IMG/VR virus record: IMGVR_UViG_3300026478_000749
Location: 1-64,000 of that record
Length of the DNA stretch: 64,000 bases
From: a virus
Strand: one strand, 5' to 3'
The translations under genes and the position numbers were made by a program. A model generated the notes under the pieces. It saw nothing but the letters and a program-made list of their open reading frames with translations. It was not told where the DNA came from and did no database searches. Positions within the stretch are counted from its first letter, which is position 1. Each line of letters begins with the position of its first letter. Shown here one piece after another: positions 1-8,907 of this stretch.

Positions 1-371
1 CTTCGAGATAGAAAAAATAAAGTGGCTGGTCTAGCTTTACCGAATTCATCTAAGCCAACAAGTGTAACGTTATCATCTTTATGATCATATACAAGTTTAT
101 TAAACTCGTTATAAACATTAATGTAACTTACTGGAGAATGTCCATAAAGCTCCATCGGATATTCAATGTATTGAAAATAATCCTTTTGCTCTTTTGATTG
201 AAATATAAAATGATTGGAAAGATCTTGATTTGTAATTGGCTCAACTACCTTATAGTCAAACTTATCTTCGCTTGCATCAACATCTACATCAATGTATGCA
301 TTTTCATAATGATAGTGAAATCTATTTATGAAATTACGTAAAACCCCATCTATTGAAATGTATATATTCAT
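1..371 (-). CDS. HAD-superfamily (5'-nucleotidase-like) protein, runs off window start
   Basis: Manual translation from ATG at 371: MNIYISIDGVLRNFINRFHYHYEN..., open to base 1. Resembles HAD motif I (DxDGVL) but with Ser at the first Asp. Confidence 0.6.
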   Translation of the reverse strand, partial: MNIYISIDGVLRNFINRFHYHYENAYIDVDVDASEDKFDYKVVEPITNQDLSNHFIFQSKEQKDYFQYIEYPMELYGHSPVSYINVYNEFNKLVYDHKDDNVTLVGLDEFGKARPATLFFLSR

Positions 372-414
372 ACTTCAAAAGATAGGGTTAAAATTTAATA
401 AAGTAAATATCTAT

Positions 415-1128
415 TTACTCGTATCTCTTTAAAATTTCGCTAATAATTGGGTTTCTAACAATATCATCATTACCAAATTCAAATATACCGATTCCTCTAA
501 CGCCTTCTAATCTTTTTTTAGCGTCATATAATCCGGTTTTGGTTTTATCTTTGAATTTATCAGATTGTTCTAAGTCTCCAGATAAGAAAAATTTAGAATT
601 GAAACCAATACGTGTTAAAAGTAATTTTATTTGCGCTGGTGTTGCATTTTGAGCTTCCTCAAAAACAAGGATAGTATTGTCGACATTCCATCCTCGCATA
701 TAAGCCAAAGCAGCCACTTCAATATAACCTTCGTCCTTCATTCTTTCTCTGGCCTCTTTTCCTATTATTTTATTTAACAAATAATAAGATGGATAAATGT
801 ATGGATCTAGTTTTTCCTCTAAACCACCAGGTAATGAGCCTAATTTTTCTTCAGCCTCAACTGCGGGTCTAACGATGATTATTTTTTCATATTTGTTATC
901 ATCGTCCCAAAGTAAATCAATAGCTCTTTTCATCGCTATATATGATTTACCTACCCCAGCGGGCCCAAAACATAATGTTATTTGATTTTCACCCAATATT
1001 CTCCAATACTCTTCTTGTGATTGTGTTAAAAATTTCTCCTTGGGTTTTTTAATGATTTCTCTAATTCTTTGTTTATGCGGTGTTTTCTTCTCCTCTATTA
1101 CGGCGGCTTTGTTTTTTCGATTTATCAA
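415..1128 (-). CDS. phoH: PhoH-family ATPase
   Basis: GPAGVGKS Walker A, RPAVEAEEKLGSLPG, LAYMRG, EEAQN, LLTRIG, GDLEQSD, DIVRNP motifs. Confidence 0.95.
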   Translation of the reverse strand: MINRKNKAAVIEEKKTPHKQRIREIIKKPKEKFLTQSQEEYWRILGENQITLCFGPAGVGKSYIAMKRAIDLLWDDDNKYEKIIIVRPAVEAEEKLGSLPGGLEEKLDPYIYPSYYLLNKIIGKEARERMKDEGYIEVAALAYMRGWNVDNTILVFEEAQNATPAQIKLLLTRIGFNSKFFLSGDLEQSDKFKDKTKTGLYDAKKRLEGVRGIGIFEFGNDDIVRNPIISEILKRYE

Positions 1129-1173
1129 AACTTTAAATTTTAAAATTAACAGTTATTCTCACCCATATAAATA

Positions 1174-1791
1174 TCACTTAATTCCACTAGAATTAAAGCC
1201 ACCCTCACCTCTTGTTGTATCGTTAATTTGGTCTGATTTAGCTAATGTGATCTTACCCTCACCAAATACTGGCATTATAACCCCTTGAGCGATTCTATCA
1301 CCCTTTTCAATCTTAAAAGGTTCCTCACCTAGATTGATTAAAGGTACCTTAACCTCACCTCTATAGTGGCTATCAACAGTACCCGGACTATTTAAAACTG
1401 TTATTCCGTGTTTAACCGCTAAACCACTTCTTGGTCTAACCTGTATTTCAATACCTTTAACTAATTCAAAATATAATCCAGTTGGTATCAATGCTCTTTT
1501 AAATGGTTGAATTATAATTGGTTCCTCAATATCTGCTCTAAGATCAAATCCACTATCTCCTTCATATGCAAATTTTGGGTCTTCGTTTGTTGATTTATTG
1601 ATAAACTTAACAGAGAATGATGATAGCTCTTTTGCTTGCGCTGAATAAACTTCTTCATTTAGTTCATCAAGTGTTTGGTTAATTTGTTTAACCAACTCTT
1701 CATCTAATTCAGAATCATCATCTTTGGAAAGTAACGATTCGTATTCTTTTAGCTTATCTAAAATGCTTAAAAAATTGTTATTTGTTTCCAT
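1174..1791 (-). CDS. dut: trimeric dUTPase with acidic N-terminal extension
   Basis: SGFDLRA, RPRSGLA, NSPGTVDSHYRGEV, GDRIAQ, RGEGGFNSSG (motifs 1-5). Confidence 0.95.
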   Translation of the reverse strand: METNNNFLSILDKLKEYESLLSKDDDSELDEELVKQINQTLDELNEEVYSAQAKELSSFSVKFINKSTNEDPKFAYEGDSGFDLRADIEEPIIIQPFKRALIPTGLYFELVKGIEIQVRPRSGLAVKHGITVLNSPGTVDSHYRGEVKVPLINLGEEPFKIEKGDRIAQGVIMPVFGEGKITLAKSDQINDTTRGEGGFNSSGIK

Positions 1792-2347
1792 ATTTTTCTT
1801 CTATTAGTGCTAATTCAAAACCATGTTTTAGTATCTGTGATAAGATTGATGAGTGCCACTTTGCCATTTTATCATCAGCGTCTTTATCAACATTTATTAT
1901 TGCTTGGTATTCATCATCATCTAAACTACACCCATATTTTAAAGCGTAGAAAGCACTTCTTTCACCTGCTTTCATTGCAACCATATTTTCAGTTTGGTAA
2001 ACATACATTTTACCTTGATTGATCCTATGCCATTCGCTTGGGTTTGGTTTAAATAAAAATACTTTCCCAATTTGTGATAAAAAAACAGTTTTTACTATTT
2101 TATTTTTTTCGATTTTTATTTTTTCGGGTAGTATATCATTTATGTATAGTGAAAATTTACAAACTTTTAATAAATGATCTAATAACCCACCTGGATACGC
2201 GCCATATAAATCAAGAGAAGGAGAAGCTGGGCAATGAAAAAAATCATCACCCAGAAACTCTTCTAACTCTTTTGTAAAAATGCCGTAAGTTTCATTTACT
2301 TCAAGAAACTTCTTTTTATTTTTTTCGATTTTTTCTTTCGAAATCAT
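1778..2347 (-). CDS. HD-domain-like protein (degenerate metal-binding motif)
   Basis: CPAS...GAYPGGLLDHLLKV resembles YhaM-type phage HD hydrolases, but the HD position reads FLSQIGK. Confidence 0.65.
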   Translation of the reverse strand: MISKEKIEKNKKKFLEVNETYGIFTKELEEFLGDDFFHCPASPSLDLYGAYPGGLLDHLLKVCKFSLYINDILPEKIKIEKNKIVKTVFLSQIGKVFLFKPNPSEWHRINQGKMYVYQTENMVAMKAGERSAFYALKYGCSLDDDEYQAIINVDKDADDKMAKWHSSILSQILKHGFELALIEEKYGNK

Positions 2348-2348
2348 T

Positions 2349-2579
2349 TTACTTGTAATATTCCGGCGTGTTTTTCTCGTCTATTACACATTCGATTGGC
2401 ATTTTTACTACACTCAAGCTTTCGCTACCTCTAATGTCACCAGCCCTATATTTGGCAGCAACCATAGTAGCTTCTTCAACAGATTCAGCCTGAAGCACGT
2501 ATTTAACTTTTTTGATTCTAGGGTTACCCTCTCTGTCCATTTGTTCGGTTTCGTAACCGATAGTAATTAAATAATACAT
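2349..2579 (-). CDS. small protein resembling Bacteroidota DUF4494
   Basis: Pattern Y-E...G..+..K..Y.L.A.S..EA resembles the DUF4494 N-terminus. Confidence 0.5.
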   Translation of the reverse strand: MYYLITIGYETEQMDREGNPRIKKVKYVLQAESVEEATMVAAKYRAGDIRGSESLSVVKMPIECVIDEKNTPEYYK

Positions 2580-2637
2580 AATTTTTGATTTTAATGTTAT
2601 TAACTAATATAACTCTTTTTTTTCGAAAAACCAAAAA

Positions 2638-3864
2638 CTATTTGTTAACAATGGATTTAAAGAATTGAACGCGGTCTGCACACACCTTTTTTAAAGAATA
2701 TTTGTCTTTAACTGTTTCATATAAACGATTACCAAGGTCTTCAATCATATTTGGGTTATCTATTAATCTTTTCATGTGCTTTGCCCAATCTTTATGATTT
2801 TTTCTTGGCGATACAAGTAATGCGTTACCGGCATCGTTAAATTTACCTTCATTAACAGCCGATACTAGATCCATAGTATATGGCATTGTTTCACTAGCAA
2901 TTATGGCTTTTTTATGGAAACCTGCCTCGATCACTTTTAATTGAGATTTACATGAGTTAAAATGTGATTCAAGCAGTGGTGCTAATGAAACATCAAAGTA
3001 GTTGTAATTTAATGCATATTTGGTAATATCCTGTGTCCATCTTCTAACATACGGAACATCCATTGATGGGTAATCTGACTGAACATAAGAAAGTAAAAAA
3101 TTTCTATAATTTTCGTCTAATGCTTTATATCCAGAAGTAAAAATACTTTCATATTTAGACCATACAGTTTCATGGGGTTGTATTGGTCTTTGTGTAATCT
3201 CTCCAGTTGTTTTGTTGATCTCATGAACACTGCCTCTTAAATCAAAACCACATAAAACAAATTGAGTTTTATTTTTATATTCATTTTGAATACTTTCTAT
3301 ACCGCTTTTCATTAACTCAATATCATATAAATGTGAAGACCCACCTAACCAGCCAAACCTAATCTTGTCAGACTTTAACGGGGTTGGCTTGAATTGTGGT
3401 TCTTCTTCATCTACAGCGTTTGGAAACACAATTACATTTTTAACCCCCAATCTTTTTTTGATTTCATTAGCAAAAAATTCTGTTGTACAGGTAACATAAT
3501 CTGCTGCTTTTAAGAAAGCTACTTTTTTTTCTGCAATGTTTTGTTTTTTAATTTGTTCAAACATCGGATGTCTTTGGTCAACGTTCCAAAAATCATCAAT
3601 ATCCATAATAACTTTGATGCCTCGTTTTTTTAACCAATCGATTCTTTCCAAATTTCTTTCGAATGGCACCATGTGTATAAAACTATGAAAGAGAACAATA
3701 TCATAGTTATCGAACACACTATCATCATCTTCTAGATTCATAACAATATCAACATGGATATCGTCAGAATGATTATTTCCAATAAATTTAAATGGGTCTA
3801 GTACTCTGTATTTGCCAACACCGTGGCCATCAGATGGGATTGCTAATATTCTTATTTTAGACAT
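2638..3864 (-). CDS. GT-B fold glycosyltransferase (GT4-like)
   Basis: DIDDFW, ADYVTCTT, VFPNAVD, RFGWLGGSSHLYD, DVSLAPL...FNSCKSQLKVIEAG, AIIASE motifs. Confidence 0.85.
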   Translation of the reverse strand: MSKIRILAIPSDGHGVGKYRVLDPFKFIGNNHSDDIHVDIVMNLEDDDSVFDNYDIVLFHSFIHMVPFERNLERIDWLKKRGIKVIMDIDDFWNVDQRHPMFEQIKKQNIAEKKVAFLKAADYVTCTTEFFANEIKKRLGVKNVIVFPNAVDEEEPQFKPTPLKSDKIRFGWLGGSSHLYDIELMKSGIESIQNEYKNKTQFVLCGFDLRGSVHEINKTTGEITQRPIQPHETVWSKYESIFTSGYKALDENYRNFLLSYVQSDYPSMDVPYVRRWTQDITKYALNYNYFDVSLAPLLESHFNSCKSQLKVIEAGFHKKAIIASETMPYTMDLVSAVNEGKFNDAGNALLVSPRKNHKDWAKHMKRLIDNPNMIEDLGNRLYETVKDKYSLKKVCADRVQFFKSIVNK

Positions 3865-3885
3865 TTTTTGTAATCTTATATGTCT

Positions 3886-3914
3886 ATTATAAAGAATTTT
3901 AAAATAAAAGTGAA
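3886..3914 (-). promoter_or_regulatory. sigma70-like promoter of the glycosyltransferase
   Basis: TTCACT-17 bp-TATAAT. Confidence 0.65.
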
Positions 3915-3916
3915 CT

Positions 3917-4474
3917 TTACTTGGCTTTATTTACGCCAGTGATTTTACCCTTAAAAACTGAATCACCAACTTTTAAAACTAAGTTTTCATTAATTGAAGT
4001 TGTTTGTTGTGCAGTAAGAATCTGATTTAATTTTTCATCCATAACTTTTCTAACTGTATTCTCAATTAATGTGGCAATCGCACTCATATCAATATTTGAG
4101 CTTGCTGTTGTGCCTGGGTTTTTTTGTTGTGGGGTTGGTTTTGATAAACCTTCTCTTTCCATTAACTTTTTAGCTCCTTTAACGAAATCCATATCTAAGG
4201 TCTCGTTTAGAGAAATCTGTGGAATTGGATTATCAATCATAGCTTTTTTAATATGGTCTGGTAATTTTGATTGTTGTATTCTATCAACACTTGGTGTTGC
4301 CATTTGTCTAGTTGGTGGGACAGATTGTTCAGAAATATCTTCTGGGGCACTTCTTAAGATGTCTTCATTAATGTGACCTCTTTCAAAATTACCGCCATCA
4401 ACTTTATTCATTACTTTTTTTGCTTGCACTAATTTGTGCATTAAGTCGTTTTCTGATATTGCTCCGTTTCCCAT
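3917..4474 (-). CDS. hypothetical protein (late-promoter driven)
   Basis: 185-aa ORF with TATTTAT motif 6 nt upstream. Confidence 0.7.
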   Translation of the reverse strand: MGNGAISENDLMHKLVQAKKVMNKVDGGNFERGHINEDILRSAPEDISEQSVPPTRQMATPSVDRIQQSKLPDHIKKAMIDNPIPQISLNETLDMDFVKGAKKLMEREGLSKPTPQQKNPGTTASSNIDMSAIATLIENTVRKVMDEKLNQILTAQQTTSINENLVLKVGDSVFKGKITGVNKAK

Positions 4475-4513
4475 AATATTATAAATATATTTGTTTGTTT
4501 GATTAAAATAAAG

Positions 4514-5515
4514 TTAAAAATATGAAATAAGTTTTTTTACTCTATTTACAAATCCTTCATTTAAATCATAACGATTATCTTCTGGTTTGTTTGTTGGTTT
4601 TTGTTTTTTAGGGACCTCAGGTAATTTCTTTTCTTTATCCACTGGTTCCTGATCTTTTTGATTCGGTTTTTTAGACGGTTTTTCTGTTGGTGTCGGAATT
4701 AATGTTTCTGGATCTTTCTTCTTTGCTGAAACTCTTCTAGTAAAGTTACTTATTTTACTTTTATCTTCAGGTTTAACATTTTGACCAATATTTGCAATAG
4801 TGTCAGCAATTTTATTTAAAAGATCATCTTTTTTCTTGTTGAGATCCTTTAATTGTTGAATATACTTTGTTTCTTCTGGCTTACCTTTGTTTACTTTGTA
4901 ACCATCTAAATTTGTTTTAATGTCTTTTTCAATTGTATCTAATTCAACATCGAATTTTTTTAACTCAGCGTCTACATTTCTTGCTTGTTTTGTGATGGTT
5001 GCTGGTTTTGGTCTTTCTGGTTCTACACTTGGTGTTTTTGATGGCTTTTTTGTGTCACCAATTCTTGGTTTAGGTGGGGTTTGAGAAAAATCTGTGCTCA
5101 CATATGTAACGCTCATTGATTTATCATCTCCTCCGCCATTATATTTTTCTCTAATAGTGTTAAAAGTTTCATCTTTAACAACTTGAACGTTTGACATTCT
5201 AGCCGCTAAAAATGTTCTCCAACCATAATTAGATTTTTCTTTTCCAACTTTACCTGGTGTTCCTCTTTTTGATGTTGATGGATCATCAATGTATGCTCTA
5301 ACCAATAAGTTACCGGTGCTTTTGTGTGCACCAAGCGCTACTGGTTCCGCTTTTACTCTATACCCCGCTTTAACGCTTTTCTTTTTTGGCTTTCTTGGGC
5401 CACTATAATAAAAGGTAATAGGATGTCTATTTACAATAGCATCCACTAGGGGTTTATTTTTAGTTGTTTTTAATATCCCTTCGTTTTGTTCCTCAATAAT
5501 TTCTTCTAATTTCAT
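4514..5515 (-). CDS. WYL-domain protein with Lys/Pro-rich coiled-coil C-terminus
   Basis: DAIVNRHPITFYY...RVKAEPVALG...NLLVRAY...GWRTFLAARMSNV matches the WYL signature. Confidence 0.75.
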   Translation of the reverse strand: MKLEEIIEEQNEGILKTTKNKPLVDAIVNRHPITFYYSGPRKPKKKSVKAGYRVKAEPVALGAHKSTGNLLVRAYIDDPSTSKRGTPGKVGKEKSNYGWRTFLAARMSNVQVVKDETFNTIREKYNGGGDDKSMSVTYVSTDFSQTPPKPRIGDTKKPSKTPSVEPERPKPATITKQARNVDAELKKFDVELDTIEKDIKTNLDGYKVNKGKPEETKYIQQLKDLNKKKDDLLNKIADTIANIGQNVKPEDKSKISNFTRRVSAKKKDPETLIPTPTEKPSKKPNQKDQEPVDKEKKLPEVPKKQKPTNKPEDNRYDLNEGFVNRVKKLISYF

Positions 5516-5516
5516 A

Positions 5517-6170
5517 TTAAAAATCCGGATACCTTTTTGTTTCTCCGTATTTGTTTCTTGCTACCGATTCTATTCTATTATTAATATCCACAGAAGAACC
5601 TATTTGTGTATTAACTTCTCCCTTTCCTTTCACATCTCCGTCAGATAATGCATTTGGGTGAACGCTTGAATAACGATTTTCTCCGTTATAAACATTTTTG
5701 TTTACTAGTTCTGTTCTAGTGTTTATATCTGTTAATGAACCAACCTTTCCATTATTTTCTCCTTTACCTTTTTCGTCACCATCAGAAACTGCATTTGGAT
5801 TTGTTGCACTATACCCTTTAACATTACTATACGTGTTTTTGGATAGTAATTCAGTTCTGGTGTTTATATCTGTTTTAGAACCTATTGTTAGAGTTTCACC
5901 TTTACCTTTTTCATCACCATCAGATAATGCATTTGGGTTATTTGAATCATAACGATTGTCGCTAGAATAAGTGTTTTTAACTAAATTGTTTATTCTAGTT
6001 TGAATATCTGTCGCTGACCCAATTGTATTTGTCTCTCCTTTACCCTTATCATCTCCAGTAGATAACGCATTTTCATGGGTTGTTGCATAACCGTTTTTAT
6101 CGATATACGCATTTCTAGATAAATGCTCTTGTCTCTGTTTTTCTGCGATTATTTCTAATTGTGTTGGCAT
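5517..6170 (-). CDS. protein built from four ~46-47-aa repeats
   Basis: Repeat N.Y....Y....NALSDGDEKGKGE...GS.TDI..R occurs four times. Confidence 0.85.
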   Translation of the reverse strand: MPTQLEIIAEKQRQEHLSRNAYIDKNGYATTHENALSTGDDKGKGETNTIGSATDIQTRINNLVKNTYSSDNRYDSNNPNALSDGDEKGKGETLTIGSKTDINTRTELLSKNTYSNVKGYSATNPNAVSDGDEKGKGENNGKVGSLTDINTRTELVNKNVYNGENRYSSVHPNALSDGDVKGKGEVNTQIGSSVDINNRIESVARNKYGETKRYPDF

Positions 6171-6173
6171 ACT

Positions 6174-6668
6174 TTATAACATTAATTTTTTTATTCTTTC
6201 GATCTCTTCAAAAATACCGACAGAAGTTATTGGTGATATTGATGTTTCGTCTGAATTAGATTTTAGAAAATTTTTATATGATGGTTTTTCTTCCGCTTTT
6301 TTATGAGTAGATAAAAAAGGGTTTTTTCTCATGCCGTTCATTCCGGTCAAATTATTTATTTTTTGAGAAGATTGTTTTTTTGATTTAACTAACCCTCGTT
6401 GTCCATCTAAAAATTGTTTCGCCCATTTTTCCATCAACTCTCCGCCGTATAACTCGTATCTTAGTTTATCTTTTTCTTTGTCAATAGTCTTTATATCGTG
6501 TATAATTCTTTTTAATTGGCCATAGGTTACTTTTTTCTCTGAGCAAAGCGTTTTAGCACGTTGAACCCCATGTGAGGATTCATCATTAACCGAAGAAAGT
6601 ACCGAATTGATTTTTTCTAAAATATCATTTGGGACCTCGTAAACATTATCTTTTAGTTGATTATTCAC
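6174..6668 (-). CDS. hypothetical protein, possibly virion-internal
   Basis: 164-aa ORF coupled to neighbours; ends IFEEIERIKKLML. Confidence 0.7.
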   Translation of the reverse strand: MNNQLKDNVYEVPNDILEKINSVLSSVNDESSHGVQRAKTLCSEKKVTYGQLKRIIHDIKTIDKEKDKLRYELYGGELMEKWAKQFLDGQRGLVKSKKQSSQKINNLTGMNGMRKNPFLSTHKKAEEKPSYKNFLKSNSDETSISPITSVGIFEEIERIKKLML

Positions 6669-7392
6669 TTTTAAGGTGGTTTACAATTTTTTCTACTGGT
6701 ATATTATTACTCTTTAAGGTTTTCTTTAAAGAATCGATTTGCTTCTTAACTAGTGGATTTAATTCACTTTCACCCTCTTCTTTTGCTATCACCTCTTTAT
6801 CGTCACCTTTTTTTACAAGAACACTTTCAATATAATCTTGCATAAATTTTTTTGGATTTTCAACCAATCTAACTAATTCTTTTTCTCCAGGAATATATCC
6901 CATAGCTTTTAGTCTTTCTTTAGCTTCCTCATCGCTTAAACCTAATTTTTTAGTAAAATGAGAATATGCTTCATCATATGTTGCATCGTCACCAAGGGTA
7001 TCATCATATCCTAAAGCGGCGCTCATATCAGATTCTGCCCAATATCTTAATGAAGTGTGTGTACCGTGAACACCATGAATACCCATAGCACCAGCTCCGG
7101 TCTTAACCACCTTATCGGTTCTTCTTTTAGCGCCTACTGTACTTTTTTTCATGGCTAAAGGAACCTCACTTCTCTTAATATTACCCTGATCATCTACAAT
7201 TTCTTCGATTTCTTCTTCTTTTTCCACTTTTTCTGGGATTTTTTTGAAATCGGTGTCTGCTGAAAATTCTTTAGCCCATTTAGCCCACTTTTTACCCTTT
7301 TTGCCACCTTTTCCAGCCTGAGCATAGAAAAATCTTTGCTGAGCTTTTGATGCAAACTTTTCTTCGATTACTTGTTTAATAAAATTATTCAT
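6661..7392 (-). CDS. hypothetical protein, possibly virion-associated
   Basis: 243-aa ORF, first gene of a late-promoter operon; N-terminal EEKFASKAQQRFFYA. Confidence 0.7.
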   Translation of the reverse strand: MNNFIKQVIEEKFASKAQQRFFYAQAGKGGKKGKKWAKWAKEFSADTDFKKIPEKVEKEEEIEEIVDDQGNIKRSEVPLAMKKSTVGAKRRTDKVVKTGAGAMGIHGVHGTHTSLRYWAESDMSAALGYDDTLGDDATYDEAYSHFTKKLGLSDEEAKERLKAMGYIPGEKELVRLVENPKKFMQDYIESVLVKKGDDKEVIAKEEGESELNPLVKKQIDSLKKTLKSNNIPVEKIVNHLKSE

Positions 7393-7408
7393 CTAAACGC
7401 TTTTTTAT

Positions 7409-7439
7409 ATAAATATCAAATCCTATGAAAGATATTTAT
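7409..7439. promoter_or_regulatory. back-to-back divergent TATTTAT late promoters
   Basis: ATAAATA at 7409-7415 (minus) and TATTTAT at 7433-7439 (plus); the same motif recurs upstream of about 15 genes. Confidence 0.7.
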
Positions 7440-7445
7440 CTACAT

Positions 7446-8894
7446 ATGAATAGCCAGAATATTTTAAAGTTTTATGGTAGTAGATTGAATTCTAAATTAG
7501 ATAGTTCAGAATTTTATGATTATGAGATAAGTAAAGTAACAGATGATTACAATACTGATGTATTAGATTTGTCCACACCAATTACTTACCAAACACTAAA
7601 AATAGACCAATCTTTGGCTAATTTTAGTTGTTCAAGGAACACGATTAGCTTAAACGAGTATAATAATACCGTTAATGATCCAAATTACAAATATTCTGGA
7701 TTAACCTTAACTGTGCCATATTCCAATTTTGTAAACCACGTATCAGCAAATTACCAACACACCATATTGAATAGCGATGTTTACAAGTACACAGGTTTTA
7801 CTGGAGAAACGCACTATTTTACAATATCAGCATTTAACCAACCTTTAGCTAAAGATATTAGGTTTACTTCACCAGATGAAATATCCGTAATTACGGGATT
7901 TACAACAGGAACAACAAATGTTTTAAAATGTACATTACGTTTGGCTGATGAAGATGCTTGTTGCGGCTTACCTAATAAACTAAGTAACAAACCTTGGGCT
8001 TATCAGTTTAAAGAGCCCTTTTTAGATTGTCCTTCAACAATTGAAAGAAGAGCAGCTAGTGGGTGGACTTTGGATTTTATTTTTAATAGGGAGGGGTTGC
8101 CATGGTCTAGCGGAGGTGTTTTCTATTATTTTGGAACTAGAGGATCAAATAGCCCATCCGATTATGCTGACAGTAATTTATCTTTTCAGTTTACTTCTGA
8201 TGGAAGAATAAAATGGACCGCTATTCGTTATTCGGGTTACTGCGCTAACGACGCCTATACAGAAACATATTATACAGATATGGGTCAAACCCCAACATTA
8301 TGTGCAACTGGTTTGACTAAAGATTTTAATATTACTATTGTTTTTGATAGATACAAGCATTATGATAATTGCGATATTGAAAATATGGGTGGATGGAATG
8401 ATATGCTTGGTTTTAAAATATCTGACTATTCTGACACAGTGATAACTGCTGTTACCTCAAATCAGCTAGCAACATATGAAGAAAAATATGAATTTTTAAA
8501 TAAAAAGTGGGCAGACGAGAGACAGAGAAGGTTGGGGACACTTAAAATATACTTAAATGGTAGACCAATTTATAAAAAAGAAAATTGGGAAGAGGTTGTT
8601 GCTTCTAATAGGGGAGCTCAACCATTTATCCAATCGTGGGGAGGAGGAACTGGATTAATGAATAGTGTTCATTCTGGTGTTTCTTGTTTTAATATTAAAT
8701 CAATAAAATATTATGAAGAGCCACTAGACTTTGTACATGTTAGACACAATTTCTTAACAAGAATTAATAATTATGACTTCTTTATATGCGGAATTGATTG
8801 TGATGACGATTTAATATCATACGTTACAAATGGCCTTTTGGCTGAAAACGGTGAATATTTAATAACAGAAGACGATAATATGGCTTTATACTAA
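7446..8894 (+). CDS. putative virion structural protein (beta-sandwich/LamG-like)
   Basis: Beta-rich with a GTLKIYLNG...IKYYEEPL LamG-like ending and a C-terminal LLAENGEYLITED. Start moved from 7425 to 7446 because TATTTAT lies at 7433-7439. Confidence 0.6.
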   Translation: MNSQNILKFYGSRLNSKLDSSEFYDYEISKVTDDYNTDVLDLSTPITYQTLKIDQSLANFSCSRNTISLNEYNNTVNDPNYKYSGLTLTVPYSNFVNHVSANYQHTILNSDVYKYTGFTGETHYFTISAFNQPLAKDIRFTSPDEISVITGFTTGTTNVLKCTLRLADEDACCGLPNKLSNKPWAYQFKEPFLDCPSTIERRAASGWTLDFIFNREGLPWSSGGVFYYFGTRGSNSPSDYADSNLSFQFTSDGRIKWTAIRYSGYCANDAYTETYYTDMGQTPTLCATGLTKDFNITIVFDRYKHYDNCDIENMGGWNDMLGFKISDYSDTVITAVTSNQLATYEEKYEFLNKKWADERQRRLGTLKIYLNGRPIYKKENWEEVVASNRGAQPFIQSWGGGTGLMNSVHSGVSCFNIKSIKYYEEPLDFVHVRHNFLTRINNYDFFICGIDCDDDLISYVTNGLLAENGEYLITEDDNMALY

Positions 8895-8907
8895 AATATT
8901 TATTTAA

